Shown piece by piece: positions 63,806-64,000 of a stretch of 64,000 nucleotides of DNA; position 1 is the first letter of the stretch, and every line of letters begins with the position of its first letter. This stretch comes from Octopus vulgaris. Taxonomy: Eukaryota. The translations under genes and the position numbers were made by a program. Location of the stretch: positions 162,502,001 through 162,566,000 of the forward strand of contig OX597815.1 in NCBI GenBank assembly GCA_951406725.2, given 5' to 3'. The notes below the pieces were generated by a model. It saw nothing but the letters and a program-made list of their open reading frames with translations. It did not search any database and was not told the origin of the DNA.

Positions 63806-64000
63806 TTTATTATAAATAAAGCAAACTATTTACCTGTGCTTCAGTCACTTAATTTACTGCACATTTTCACCTCTACCTAACGGTATCCTACTCCACCCAC
63901 AAAACTTATCAATCTGGGTTGCAATAGGCTGAACCTCAAGAATACTTAGCTAACATCCATATAAGTATTCTCTATTTCATCCTTCCTGTCTAAATAGATA

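Overview
AT-rich, CpG-poor animal genomic DNA packed with microsatellites and transposable elements. The SINE and RTE families and the (TA)n/(CA)n/(AAT)n/(CAT)n load suggest an octopus or other coleoid cephalopod; this is inference, no database search was run. No host protein-coding gene can be assembled, and the window reads like a very long intron or intergenic region. The only long intact ORF (52176-54155, minus) is a young, 5'-truncated RTE-clade LINE whose reverse transcriptase carries an embedded C4HC3 PHD-type finger. Decayed pieces of HERO-, R4/Dong- and other RTE-type LINEs, mariner and maT (DD37D) transposons, TTAA-, hAT- and Tc1-type MITEs, Helitron-like elements, Penelope-like inverted elements (one with a degenerate hammerhead core) and three or more tRNA-derived SINE families make up most of the rest. 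The best non-TE signals are a candidate 6-nt microexon or recursive splice site on the minus strand (46870-46875), a dense E-box and hairpin cluster (about 32530-32810), and a roughly 500-bp local duplication with hairpins (26755-27247 / 30348-31368). Repeat boundaries were read by eye and are approximate.
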